DNA of 62,866 nucleotides, filler included. It is 7 parts of 7 records of this genome, joined end to end, with 100 filler letters (N's around TTAATTAATTAA, not from the genome) between each part and the next. Parts side by side here need not be neighbours in the genome. Positions count along the whole stretch, not along the records: positions 50,378 to 57,181 come from SRR31147125_17597; positions 57,282 to 62,866 come from SRR31147125_17626; 5 more parts are not named here. The stretch is one strand, 5' to 3'. The notes beneath the pieces were generated by a model that worked only from the letters and a program-made list of their open reading frames with translations, was not told the DNA's origin and searched no databases. The first letter of the stretch is position 1; each line of letters begins with the position of its first letter. A program made the position numbers and the translations under genes. Shown here one piece after another: positions 52,653 to 62,725 of this stretch.

Positions 52653-54599
52653 CACAATTATCAAACCGACGTAAGGAGAAGCAATCACCACTGTCAAAGT
52701 TGACAACCCAGGTGATAGGCACGTCGCCATCCTTCAACAAATCCCCGGTCCAAATCCACCTCTGCCTGTTGTCAAACACCGGATCAATGTAAAGATCCTT
52801 ATTCTCCTTCTTTGGCTCCACCAAACTCATGGCCTCCTCAAGCGTCGGCAGCCGCCAGTCTGAGTATCCCGCATATTTTTTCAAATTCATATTATTTATA
52901 TATTCCTGTGCTCTATTAAATAACATTACATCTTCAGATCCCCCCTGCTGCCACATCAAACCCGTGGCTAAATCCATTATAATTTTATCATACGAAATTT
53001 CATGAGGAATATATATATGTGTTATGCCTTCTCCTTTTTTATTATAATTCCTATCATATAAATCATGTTTTTTCAGCATGGTTTTTGTTTGTTTTTCAGA
53101 TAAATTCGATATTTTTGTTGCTCTAAAAAATCTGGGCTTTATTGCACCAGTTATAAAATCAATGACTCTCTGAGGAATATCAAAGTTGATTCCCACTATT
53201 TTGGTCGATTTATTGACAAGTGCATCAATAATAAACCGAGCTGCAAAGTATTCGGCAAAAGAACGATGCGAAAAACCATAATTCCCTTTATCGTCTCTAA
53301 CTAAAAATGTGCGCGTTCGAACTTCAGCAATTCTTTTATTTAATTCTTCTAATGAATTTTGCTTATCTAAAAATCTTTTCAGCTCTGATTGCTCCACATC
53401 TTGTTTTTCAACAAGAGACAACAACTCATTTTGTATTTTTTCGTAAGACAACATGTCTGGTCCGCCACAGCAAATAATATGAAATCCCCACAAAGACATC
53501 ACTTCTATCGCAATGTGTTTGAGTATGAAATCTGCAGGACCTTTCTCATTCTCTCTAGGCAAAACATGATCTACAATCTGTGTATAGATCTCCCAATTAT
53601 TTAATTCAGCTCCCTTTTGTTTCAGACTTTGAATAGATTTTAAGATATCGATGTCATTTAAATAATTTAAGATAACAATACGCCTCGAAATATCGATAAA
53701 ATTGGGATATTTTTCTATAATCTTCCAATAACTCCTCCATCTAAACGGATGGCTCAATTTCAAAAAATACTTTATTTGCTCTTGTGTAAAATAGGAAATA
53801 TATCGAGTGGTTAAATAAGGTTCAGCTTCTGCAGAAACAAAAAATGGGTTCGACTGGTAATAATCACCTTGTAATAATTAGATGTGAGATCCATTATTTC
53901 TTGAAATTCTTCTTTAGAAGGACCCCGCTTTTTATATTCATCATAAGCGTCTAAAAATAGAATGGTCTTTTCACGGTTTTTAGTTTTGGTTTCATTTAAT
54001 TTTTGCTCTAAATCAAGATCTTCCTTACCTAATTCAATTACTTCAACTTCCATTGAGAGCATTGTGGTAACAATCTCATGTGCCATATAAAAACAAAAAG
54101 TGGTTTTCCCTGTCCCAAAGTCTCCTAAAAGCAATAAATAGCTTTTTCTGTACTGGCTTGGGTCAAACAACCAATCCCACATTTTTTTTCTGAGTGATTC
54201 ACGTGTTGGATCCCGGGCAATATCTTCAATCGGATTAATATCTTGACAGTTAATATCCACATAATGTTTGGGTAACTGCTCAGTAAAATCCTTTTTTATT
54301 TTAATCGATCTCTCAGATTCTTTTTCAGGAGGGAATGCAGTAAAATAAAGGGAAATAAGCGCCACCAATAAAGCCAGAAGTGAAATGATAAAATTTTTAT
54401 CAGTATGTTCAATTTTTTCGTTGTTTATAAGCAAGTCTATAAATTCAGTTCCAAACAGCCAAACTAAATACGCGCTGATGATAAAAATAAATCCAGGGAC
54501 AATGTGACGTTTATTTTTTTTATTACGCTTCTGCTTTCTAAGCTCTCTTTCTGGTTTACTGACTGGATAACGTTTATTTTTGTATTTTTTCCAATTCAA
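52603..54599 (-). CDS. 2TM-NACHT/STAND NTPase-DUF1566 (Lcl/CLec) protein, frameshift ~53840; putative DGR target
   Basis: GDFGTGKT Walker A, LFLDAYDE Walker B, FSHRSFAEYFAA winged-helix motif, TGLMWQQ..GYSDWRLPTLEE..VRAVR; one extra T joins the two ORFs; likely TTG start at 54599. Confidence 0.82.
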
Positions 54600-54652
54600 G
54601 ACATCTTTCCAGATAATAACATTAAGAACAAGCAGAATTAAAATATATCTAG

Positions 54653-54725
54653 AAATAACCAAATAACCCAAATGATCAAAACACCAAATCACCTATAGAA
54701 GATTATCCGCTACGAACGGCACGAA
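54653..54725 (-). repeat. Shared 3' element, copy A (VR end plus IMH-like tail)
   Basis: Direct repeat of 52580-52652. Confidence 0.9.
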
Positions 54726-55631
54726 TATAAGAATCACTAATGTCGAGGCTGACATGGTTGCAATCACCATCGCTAAAGTAGACAATCCAGGCGCCAGATC
54801 GGTTTCCCTCCCTACACCTGTCCCCTGTATAAATATACCTTTGCATCTCATCAAACACCGGATCAATGTAAAGATTATTATATCTCTTCTCCCGCTCCAT
54901 TAAACTCATTGCCTCCTCTAATGTCGGCAGTCTCCAGTCTGAAAAACCTGCAAATCCTTTCCTATTCAAATTATTTAAATATTCCGGCGCTTTCTCGAAA
55001 GCTATATAATCCTCCGATCCCCCTGCTGCCACATCAATCCGGAAGCACTATCAACAATCACCTTATCCCCTCTTATAACTTGCTCTTCATATTCATGAAT
55101 AAAACCCTGTCCCTCAGGATTTCTATTTATCTCATAAAGATTATGGCCTCTAAGCATCTCTATAACTTCTGCTGTTGATAACTCTTTTAGCTGAGCCCGT
55201 AATACAAGCGATTCAGGGTTAATTGCCTTTAAAATATTTTTAATACCATTTTTATATTCTGTATCAGGAAACAGATCTACCCAGTGTCTTGAACGTAATT
55301 TTTTATTAAGAACTCTGCACTCCTCAAGTCTGACAGGTATTAAAAAAATGTGGCCTTCAGGATAATAATCTAATAAATCTAAAGCCTTTTTAGACTCTTT
55401 TTGAACATAACCTTTCTTATTTATAGAATTATTTGATAGCAATGCTATGAAAAATGAACAATTTTCAATAGCATTTTCGATCTCGAACTCCCAATCTTGT
55501 CCTGCTTTAAGATCAACCTGATCAAACCAAATATCTAAATTACAACGTCTAAGATCCTCATAAATCTTTTTTGCCAGACCAATATCTTCATGGGCATAGC
55601 TAAGAAATATTTTACTCTTCTCTCTTTTCAT
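54703..55631 (-). CDS. TIR-DUF1566 (Lcl/CLec) protein, frameshift at G-run ~55019-55023; putative DGR target
   Basis: IFLSYAHED..IWFD..GQDW..YVQKE TIR; SGLMWQQ(GG)SED..GFSDWRLPTLEE..IRAVR; the paralog has G6 where this gene has G5. Confidence 0.85.
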
Positions 55632-55799
55632 CAAACCTATCTCCGATTCTTAATTGGGGAATAAGAAGTCTTGTCAACAGAACATCTATTATAAAAAACA
55701 TAAATAGTCCAGCCAACCCAAGCCGCTCATCCCTTAACAAATTACCTCCAATATGTTTTATTCACGGATTTGTTTGATGGTCTATTTTATAAAAAACAC

Positions 55800-57104
55800 T
55801 CACCACCTGGGTAAAACTCGCTTCCAATTCGGATTCACATGCTTTTGCATCTCTGCTTCGTCGTCTCGTTTTCGATAGGGTATTTTTACATATCGCTCTT
55901 TGCCACGGGCGAGCTGATCGTAATCCAGGTCGACACCGAGTCCGGGATTATCGGGGATTTTTACACATCCATTTTCAATAGGAACTCGTCCTCCATTAAC
56001 GACTTCGTCCTTTTCCGACTGCCATGGGTAATGAGTATCGCAGGCGTATGTCAGGTGAGGTGTTGCGGCTGCCACGTGAGCCATACCCATAAGCGACACG
56101 CCCAGATGACTGTTCGAATGCATGGACAGACCGATGCCAAATACTTTAGCCAGTTTTGCAAGATGCTGTACCTGCCGCATACCACCCCAGTAATGGTGGT
56201 CACAGAGTATAATTTGCACGGAATCCAGTTTCACGGATTGGGGAATATGATCAAAAGAAGTGACAGCGACATTGCTGGCTAAGGGAACATCAATACCTTC
56301 AGCCAGGAGTTGTTTCCGCACCATCGACATGTTTTCCAGTCCTGCTGTTGGGTCCTCCAGGTAACCGCCATTGGAAAGTTCCAGAGCCAGATTTTTGCCA
56401 ACCTGAACGGATGTTTCCACCGTCCATGCCGAATTGGGATCGATGCGCAGCGGAACGTTGGGACCGAATTCCCGGTACATTTGTTTTACTGTTTGGACTT
56501 CAATATCCGGATCAAGCACGCCACCCTTGAATTTAATAGAGCCGAAACCATATTTGTTAATCATTTGTTTAACCTGTGAAACCAGGGATTCGGGAGTCAG
56601 AGCCTCACCATATTCATCTTCGCGGACATCATCACCTTCGCCACCACCACCGGCATGTTTATAAAAAGGATAAGCAGAAAAAGGAACCTCGTCACGAACC
56701 CGGCCGCCAATTAAATCGCAAACAGGCTGCCCAACAGATTTGCCAATGAGATCGAGACAGGCTACCTCGATAGCGGCAAAGGTGCGAGTGGATACGTCAA
56801 GGGGATTTTCACCGGGAACAAGAAATGTCTGCGACCGCTCCAGACCACCCTCTCCTCCTTCGAGCATGGGTGCCAATAGCCCGGTAAGACGGTAAGGATT
56901 GGCACCAATAATTTGTGGTTTCAGGGATTCCAAAGCTTGTGCCGGCCCATCACCACCATAAGTTTCGTTAATGCCAATGATACCATCTTCACTTTCGAGC
57001 TCTAAAATCGTTCGAAGTGCATAAGGTGCGTGTAAGCCGTAGGAGCTGAGTAAGGGTGGATCAGCAATCGCGATGGAATGTATTCGCATGTCTTTAATTT
57101 TCAT
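55800..57104 (-). CDS. Glucarate dehydratase-like enolase-superfamily enzyme
   Basis: IKFKGG, LRIDPN..W, YLEDP, SMHSNSHLG, ACDTHYPW motifs. Confidence 0.85.
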   Translation of the reverse strand: MKIKDMRIHSIAIADPPLLSSYGLHAPYALRTILELESEDGIIGINETYGGDGPAQALESLKPQIIGANPYRLTGLLAPMLEGGEGGLERSQTFLVPGENPLDVSTRTFAAIEVACLDLIGKSVGQPVCDLIGGRVRDEVPFSAYPFYKHAGGGGEGDDVREDEYGEALTPESLVSQVKQMINKYGFGSIKFKGGVLDPDIEVQTVKQMYREFGPNVPLRIDPNSAWTVETSVQVGKNLALELSNGGYLEDPTAGLENMSMVRKQLLAEGIDVPLASNVAVTSFDHIPQSVKLDSVQIILCDHHYWGGMRQVQHLAKLAKVFGIGLSMHSNSHLGVSLMGMAHVAAATPHLTYACDTHYPWQSEKDEVVNGGRVPIENGCVKIPDNPGLGVDLDYDQLARGKERYVKIPYRKRDDEAEMQKHVNPNWKRVLPRW

Positions 57105-57153
57105 GTAACCTCCCAATTAAATTATCGATACACTATACAGTAACCTCCCCGCC

Positions 57154-57181
57154 CTGGATTCCCGATACGAACACTCGGGAA
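57154..57181. repeat. REP-like palindrome at contig end
   Basis: CTGGATTCCCGA-TACGAACAC-TCGGGAA. Confidence 0.55.
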
Positions 57182-57281
57182 NNNNNNNNNNNNNNNNNNN
57201 NNNNNNNNNNNNNNNNNNNNNNNNNTTAATTAATTAANNNNNNNNNNNNNNNNNNNNNNNNNNNNNNNNNNNNNNNNNNNN
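57182..57281. other. Contig-joining spacer
   Basis: N-run, TTAATTAATTAA, N-run. Confidence 0.98.
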
Positions 57282-57548
57282 GTTGAATAATATTATTATT
57301 CAACAATCCCTCATTATGTTTTTTCCATAATCTGCTTCATAAATTATTATATCATCATATTTATAAAACTTCTATATATTTGTACAATTTTTTTGTACGT
57401 TAATTTATTTTAATTACTATAGTGTTTACACATTAATTTACCATATGATATAATATTTAATTATGATGCTTATTATTTATAGTATTTGTTCCAATTTACA
57501 TGGAGTAGATAACATACAGAATATTAAGGGTTGGTATGGGAGAGGATT

Positions 57549-58826
57549 ATGTTAATAGATGCACATTGCCACTTTTTTACAAACAAAGTACTAGTGGAAA
57601 GATTACAGAAAGATACCAAAAGCTTATTAAGACTATCAAAACATTTAAATACAAACGATAATTTAATAGTTCAGGGTGCTACACAGTTTTTATCGACTAG
57701 TGCGAATAATACACCTAATGATATGTATAATTATATGAAAAATTGTTATGGGTGCGATTTTATCGCTGTTCCCTTAATGATGGATTTAACCTATGCATTT
57801 GTTGCTCCTGAACACAAAAAGAAGCAAAAAGCGCAAATTAAAAAAGAGTTGGAAAAAGAGAAAGGTTCTGGTTGGACAAAATACTTTGCATCCATTGAAG
57901 ATAAACTTAATACCTTTGAACGTTCGGCTTTAGGATTTACAGTATTTAAAAACTCTTATCAGCAACAGATTGAAGAATTGGTGAATTTAAAAAACTTAAT
58001 GCCAAAACGGGTTTATCCCTTCTTTAGTATTGATCCAAGACGAAACAATCAGTTTGAAGGAGGAATATTATCAGAGATTAAAAGATACGTAGGTAAAGAC
58101 AAACCATTTTTAGGGGTAAAACTATACTCTTCTTTAGGGTACTCCCCTACTCACCCTGCACTATACGACAATAGTGAAAGTGAAAGTGTATATGGTTATT
58201 GTCAAAAACACAAAATTCCTATAACTGTCCATGCATCAATAGAAGGATTTTCACATTTCTTAGATAAAACACACATTGAAGGCGATGTGTATTATCCTGA
58301 CGCCGGCAGATGTGTTCCAGCCGAGGTTTTATATAAAGAAGGTATCGTAAAATATGATAAAAATATACCTACAATAAACTTTGACGATGTAACCAGAGAA
58401 CGGCTAATATTGCTGAATCACCCTGTTTTATGGCGAAAAGTGTTGAATAAATATCCCAAGCTAAAAATTAATTTTGCACATTTTGGTGGAGTTATTCAAA
58501 TGTACAAATATTCAAACCATGATAAAAGTGCCTTCTGGCCAAAATATATTGAAGAGATGCTTAATGATTTCCCAAATGTATATACAGATCTGTCTTGCTA
58601 TTATGAGCAAGATAATAATACTGATTATATGAAATTAATCTATGAAAATATGTATAAGAAATTATCAAATAAAGCAAGAAGGAAAGTAATGTTTGGTTCG
58701 GATTATTATATGCTTGCACTTTATAATACTTCACCTGAAAAATATATTAAAAATTTTAGAGACGCATTTGGTAAAGAGTTTAGAAATATATCCGAAAAGA
58801 ATCCTAGAAGATTTTTGAGAATCTAA
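57549..58826 (+). CDS. Amidohydrolase_2 family protein
   Basis: IDAHCH, GVKLY, PITVH, FAHFGG, YTDLS, FGSDY motifs. Confidence 0.88.
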   Translation: MLIDAHCHFFTNKVLVERLQKDTKSLLRLSKHLNTNDNLIVQGATQFLSTSANNTPNDMYNYMKNCYGCDFIAVPLMMDLTYAFVAPEHKKKQKAQIKKELEKEKGSGWTKYFASIEDKLNTFERSALGFTVFKNSYQQQIEELVNLKNLMPKRVYPFFSIDPRRNNQFEGGILSEIKRYVGKDKPFLGVKLYSSLGYSPTHPALYDNSESESVYGYCQKHKIPITVHASIEGFSHFLDKTHIEGDVYYPDAGRCVPAEVLYKEGIVKYDKNIPTINFDDVTRERLILLNHPVLWRKVLNKYPKLKINFAHFGGVIQMYKYSNHDKSAFWPKYIEEMLNDFPNVYTDLSCYYEQDNNTDYMKLIYENMYKKLSNKARRKVMFGSDYYMLALYNTSPEKYIKNFRDAFGKEFRNISEKNPRRFLRI

Positions 58827-58914
58827 TAGTTTATATTAAATTATATATTTTGCATAGTGACTCTACTATGATAAGCTAACTTCATACAACATAAAAAAAG
58901 GATAAACAAAAAAT

Positions 58915-59613
58915 ATGGAAGCCAAAGAATTATATAAGACAAAGGAACCAGCGACTACATCAGAATACAATTACAAAAGACTATTTGGACTTTTATTATT
59001 TGTAGTTACTTTAACGTCCTGTCTATTTCTTGCAAGTACCATTATAGAATCTACTATGAACTACAATTCAGAAAGAGCACACATTCTTTCTTACTTTACA
59101 ATTCAATCGAATATTATTGTAACTATATGGATGATAGCCTTAGCTCTATACATTTTAACAAACAAGAAAATATATAAATTTTCTATGGATTCAAATTTTT
59201 CTGCATCAGTTACTACTTACATATTAGTAACTGGATTTATTTATTGGCTTGTATTAGTTCCAATATACTATTCACCTGATGCAGCATGGTTATTCTCAAC
59301 GTCAAACATATGGTTACATACGCTTACACCCATTACATCAGTAATAATGCTCACCTTTATTAAATCTAAAACTGCAACAAAACCTAAGCCAAAATTTATA
59401 ATATTCTTTTTTTATCCAATCTTATATATTATCTTTGGTATTATCAATGCAATAAACAATGTATTTTTATATCCTATGTTTAATCCTAATCTTTTGGATG
59501 GATGGATAGGAGTTGGAATATGTTTAGCAGCAATATGTGCTATATTTACTGTGTTGTACTTATTTTTACTATACGGTATAAAAAGGCATGATGTGAGACC
59601 TACCAAAAAATAA
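58915..59613 (+). CDS. Pr6Pr-family membrane protein
   Basis: SYFTIQSN, LH.LTP, YP.F pattern; multi-TM. Confidence 0.75.
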   Translation: MEAKELYKTKEPATTSEYNYKRLFGLLLFVVTLTSCLFLASTIIESTMNYNSERAHILSYFTIQSNIIVTIWMIALALYILTNKKIYKFSMDSNFSASVTTYILVTGFIYWLVLVPIYYSPDAAWLFSTSNIWLHTLTPITSVIMLTFIKSKTATKPKPKFIIFFFYPILYIIFGIINAINNVFLYPMFNPNLLDGWIGVGICLAAICAIFTVLYLFLLYGIKRHDVRPTKK

Positions 59614-59646
59614 TTAATATATTTTGTACAAATAAAACTTGGCTTT

Positions 59647-60028
59647 TTACATTATATTTCTGATTACTAAAGATAAGCCTGTAAGCATAAGCAAAATAAT
59701 TACAACTTTTTTTACTATATTATCGCTGATTCTTTTTGATACTAGTATTCCAACGCCTAGACGAAAAAGCATAAATGGCATTAGCTTTATGCTAGTTAAA
59801 AGAATAGATTTGTTTATTATGCCGTTAATAGAATATAAAATAAGTCTGAACACATTTTCTATTAAGAATACAGCACATATATTTCCACGAAATTCTGCTT
59901 GAGTATCTGTAGTCCTGCCTATATATGCAACTAAAAAAGCTCCTATTCCAAATATCCCGCATAATACACCCGATACAATACCAATAGTTCTTTATGGCTG
60001 CGGTGTTATTGAGAAGCAAAGGATACAT
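59647..60028 (-). pseudogene. TauE/SafE (TSUP) membrane protein, fragmentary
   Basis: Broken frames giving GILCGIFGIGAF..AYI.R..FRGN.C.VF..ENVFRL..Y..GI; no intact 5' end. Confidence 0.55.
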
Positions 60029-60031
60029 AAA

Positions 60032-60274
60032 AATTGTGTTTCAATAGGAATGTTTACTAATCCAAAATATCGCAAACTTGATGTAGCCAGAACCATATTG
60101 ATTAATCTGAAAAATTGGGCGTATCAAAACCATTTCAGGGTGTTGGTATTATAATACTCTTTCACGTAAAAGTCTAGAGTCATCTGGTATGATAGTTGTT
60201 TCGATAAGTTATTACGCAAAATCATTAAAAAAGAACAAACTTCCCAAAAGGACAGTAAGCCACGAGGTATATTA
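60032..60274 (+). pseudogene. GNAT acetyltransferase C-terminal remnant
   Basis: Manual translation SIGMFTNPKYRK..ARTIL, then shifted frame GCWYYNTLSRKSLESSGM. Confidence 0.55.
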
Positions 60275-60405
60275 GTTGATTAATATTATGTGCAAAAAAA
60301 CTATGTTCAATTTACGTTTAAAAGTAAAGACAAGCTAATTAATAGATATACAAGCTCAGTTAAAATAATATTGTTAAAAATTATGTTATTTTGTATAATA
60401 ATTAT

Positions 60406-62649
60406 ATGATTGAAAATATAAGGACAGAATTACTCTCCCCTGCTGGCTCATATGAAGCTCTTGAGCAAGCAATTCACAACGGTGCAGATGCGATCTATCT
60501 AGGCGGAACACATTTTGGCGCAAGAGCTTATGCAAACAATTTTTATAATGATGAACTTAAAGAAGCTATTGATTATGCACACCTCTATAGTGTCAAAGTA
60601 TATGTTACAGTGAACACATTAATTTACGAAAGTGAAATAACTTCATTTAAAGAATATATAAAATATCTTGTTTCTATAGGTGTTGACGCTTTAATAATGC
60701 AGGATATTGGTATGGCAAATTGGGTGATTAATTCATTTGATATTCCTGTCCATTCTTCAACACAAATGCATAATTATTCCCAAAGCAATATAGAGTATTT
60801 AAAAACTAATGGTTATGATAGAGCTATTTTGGCAAGAGAAACACATATAGATGATATATCAAAAATGAATAAAATAATAGATACTGAAATATTTGGACAC
60901 GGGGCATTATGTGTTTGCTATTCAGGACAATGTCTTTTTAGTGCAATAGAACACAACAGAAGTGGTAATAGAGGCAAATGTGCACAGGCATGCAGAATGA
61001 AGTATTCTTTATATATGGATGATAGTTTACTAATTGAGAATAAATATCTGCTTAGTCCAAAAGATCTAGCATTACTTGAAGATATAAATGAAGTGATAAA
61101 AATTGGTGTAAGCTCTGTTAAATTAGAAGGAAGAATGAAACCTCCTGAATATGTAGGCTTTATTACGAAAATCTATAGAAAAATAATAGATAATTATTAT
61201 TCGGATCAACTAAATAATGTTAGTAAAAATGATAGGTTCACATTAAAACGCCTTTTTAACAGAGGTTTTACTAAAGGATATATATTCGGATTAGATAACA
61301 AAGCATTGATGACTATAGATCGACCTAATCATGCAGGCGTACACATTGGTGATGTTATTTCTATTTCAAAGGACTATATAACAATAAAGCTTAACAAAAC
61401 TCTACATCAAGGTGATGGTATAAAATTTGATGAAGCAGATAAAGGTTTTGTTTGTAATAAAATATACTATAAACGCAACCTTACTGCAAAAGGTGAATCT
61501 GGTCAAACAATACAATTAAATAATAAACTTAATCTGAGAAAAAAAGATAAATTATTACTTACCAAAGACACACAGCTTTTAAAAAAGTTAAGTAAATATG
61601 AAAACAAGAAAATTAAGGTGCAAATTTACGGAAAGTTCTTATTAGCCCAACCATCTGAAATAACAATTACAGACATCTCAGGTAATTCATCAACCAAGCA
61701 AGGAGCTATAGTAGCACAAAGCAAAAACGCTCCAATAAGCAAAAGCAACATAATAAATAGTCTATCAAAACTTGGAGATACACCATATATTACAAATAAT
61801 GTAATCATAGAAAAAGATGATAATATTTTCATAAGTAAAAGCAACATCAACAAATTAAGACGTGATGCTGTAGAAGAATTAAACAACAAAAGAATTAGTA
61901 TAAATAAATATCAGGAAAAAGACCTGCAAATAGATTATTATGCTCCCCTCCCCCAGCCATTTTCTATTAATTGCGTAGTTTCAAATGAAGCACAGCTGAA
62001 AAAAGTACTAGAATACAAACTAGGAAAAGTATATGTAAGAGATTATTCTCTTTATAACAAATATAAATTAAAATCAAATAATGTATGTTATTTTATGGAA
62101 GCTCTTAGCGAAAATAAAGTCAATTTTATAGGTGAGCGCTTGGTTATACGTGACACTGGAGGAATTAAATACGCTGAAAACAATACAGTAATTAGTGATT
62201 ATATGCTTAATGTTTCAAATAGCTATAGCCTTGTTCATCTCCATATGAACAAACTGCAAAGTGTATGCGTGTCGATAGAACTTGACAACGATAATATTAA
62301 GTCTTTACTCTATAATTATCAACAATCTTTTGGTAATTTGCCTAATGTTGAAATGCTTATATATGGACGAATCCAGTTGATGGTGATGAAACATTGTATC
62401 ATTGATAGACATATCAACTGCGGAAAATGCAAAGACAAAAAATTTTATATAAAAGATATTAAAGGAAATAGCTTCCCATTAATAATTGATAGCAAATGTA
62501 ATAATTATATTTATTCTAAAGATGTTATAGACAAAATTTATGAAGTTCCATATCTAAAATCTATTGGAATAAACGGTTTTAGATTGGATTTTCTTTATGA
62601 AACAGAAAATGATATTGAAAACATAATTACAAAAATAGTAAATTTATAA
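60406..62649 (+). CDS. U32 peptidase-family protein with DUF3656-like region (RlhA-like RNA hydroxylation protein)
   Basis: ELLSPAG, GADAIYLG, HGALCVCYSGQC..NRGKCAQACR Fe-S Cys cluster, KLEGRMK. Confidence 0.88.
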   Translation: MIENIRTELLSPAGSYEALEQAIHNGADAIYLGGTHFGARAYANNFYNDELKEAIDYAHLYSVKVYVTVNTLIYESEITSFKEYIKYLVSIGVDALIMQDIGMANWVINSFDIPVHSSTQMHNYSQSNIEYLKTNGYDRAILARETHIDDISKMNKIIDTEIFGHGALCVCYSGQCLFSAIEHNRSGNRGKCAQACRMKYSLYMDDSLLIENKYLLSPKDLALLEDINEVIKIGVSSVKLEGRMKPPEYVGFITKIYRKIIDNYYSDQLNNVSKNDRFTLKRLFNRGFTKGYIFGLDNKALMTIDRPNHAGVHIGDVISISKDYITIKLNKTLHQGDGIKFDEADKGFVCNKIYYKRNLTAKGESGQTIQLNNKLNLRKKDKLLLTKDTQLLKKLSKYENKKIKVQIYGKFLLAQPSEITITDISGNSSTKQGAIVAQSKNAPISKSNIINSLSKLGDTPYITNNVIIEKDDNIFISKSNINKLRRDAVEELNNKRISINKYQEKDLQIDYYAPLPQPFSINCVVSNEAQLKKVLEYKLGKVYVRDYSLYNKYKLKSNNVCYFMEALSENKVNFIGERLVIRDTGGIKYAENNTVISDYMLNVSNSYSLVHLHMNKLQSVCVSIELDNDNIKSLLYNYQQSFGNLPNVEMLIYGRIQLMVMKHCIIDRHINCGKCKDKKFYIKDIKGNSFPLIIDSKCNNYIYSKDVIDKIYEVPYLKSIGINGFRLDFLYETENDIENIITKIVNL

Positions 62650-62725
62650 TCTGCAAATAATTTTGCATATATTATAATCTTATAGTATACTAGGTATCGC
62701 AAAAAAACATAGAAAGTGAAAACAT

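Noticed and set aside
54600-54692. ORF-track N-terminal extension MIWCFDHLGYLVI of the NACHT gene (and ORF 52530-52730)
   Set aside because: It is a translation of the shared non-coding repeat tail; a TTG start at 54599 is more plausible.
34741-55631. Linking the two DGR-target-like loci into one system
   Set aside because: They are on different contigs of very different composition, and their variable-region sequences are unrelated.
20473-57281. Recurrent TTAATTAATTAA as a biological repeat or CRISPR
   Set aside because: Always centred in N-runs; an artificial linker. No CRISPR array or cas gene was seen.
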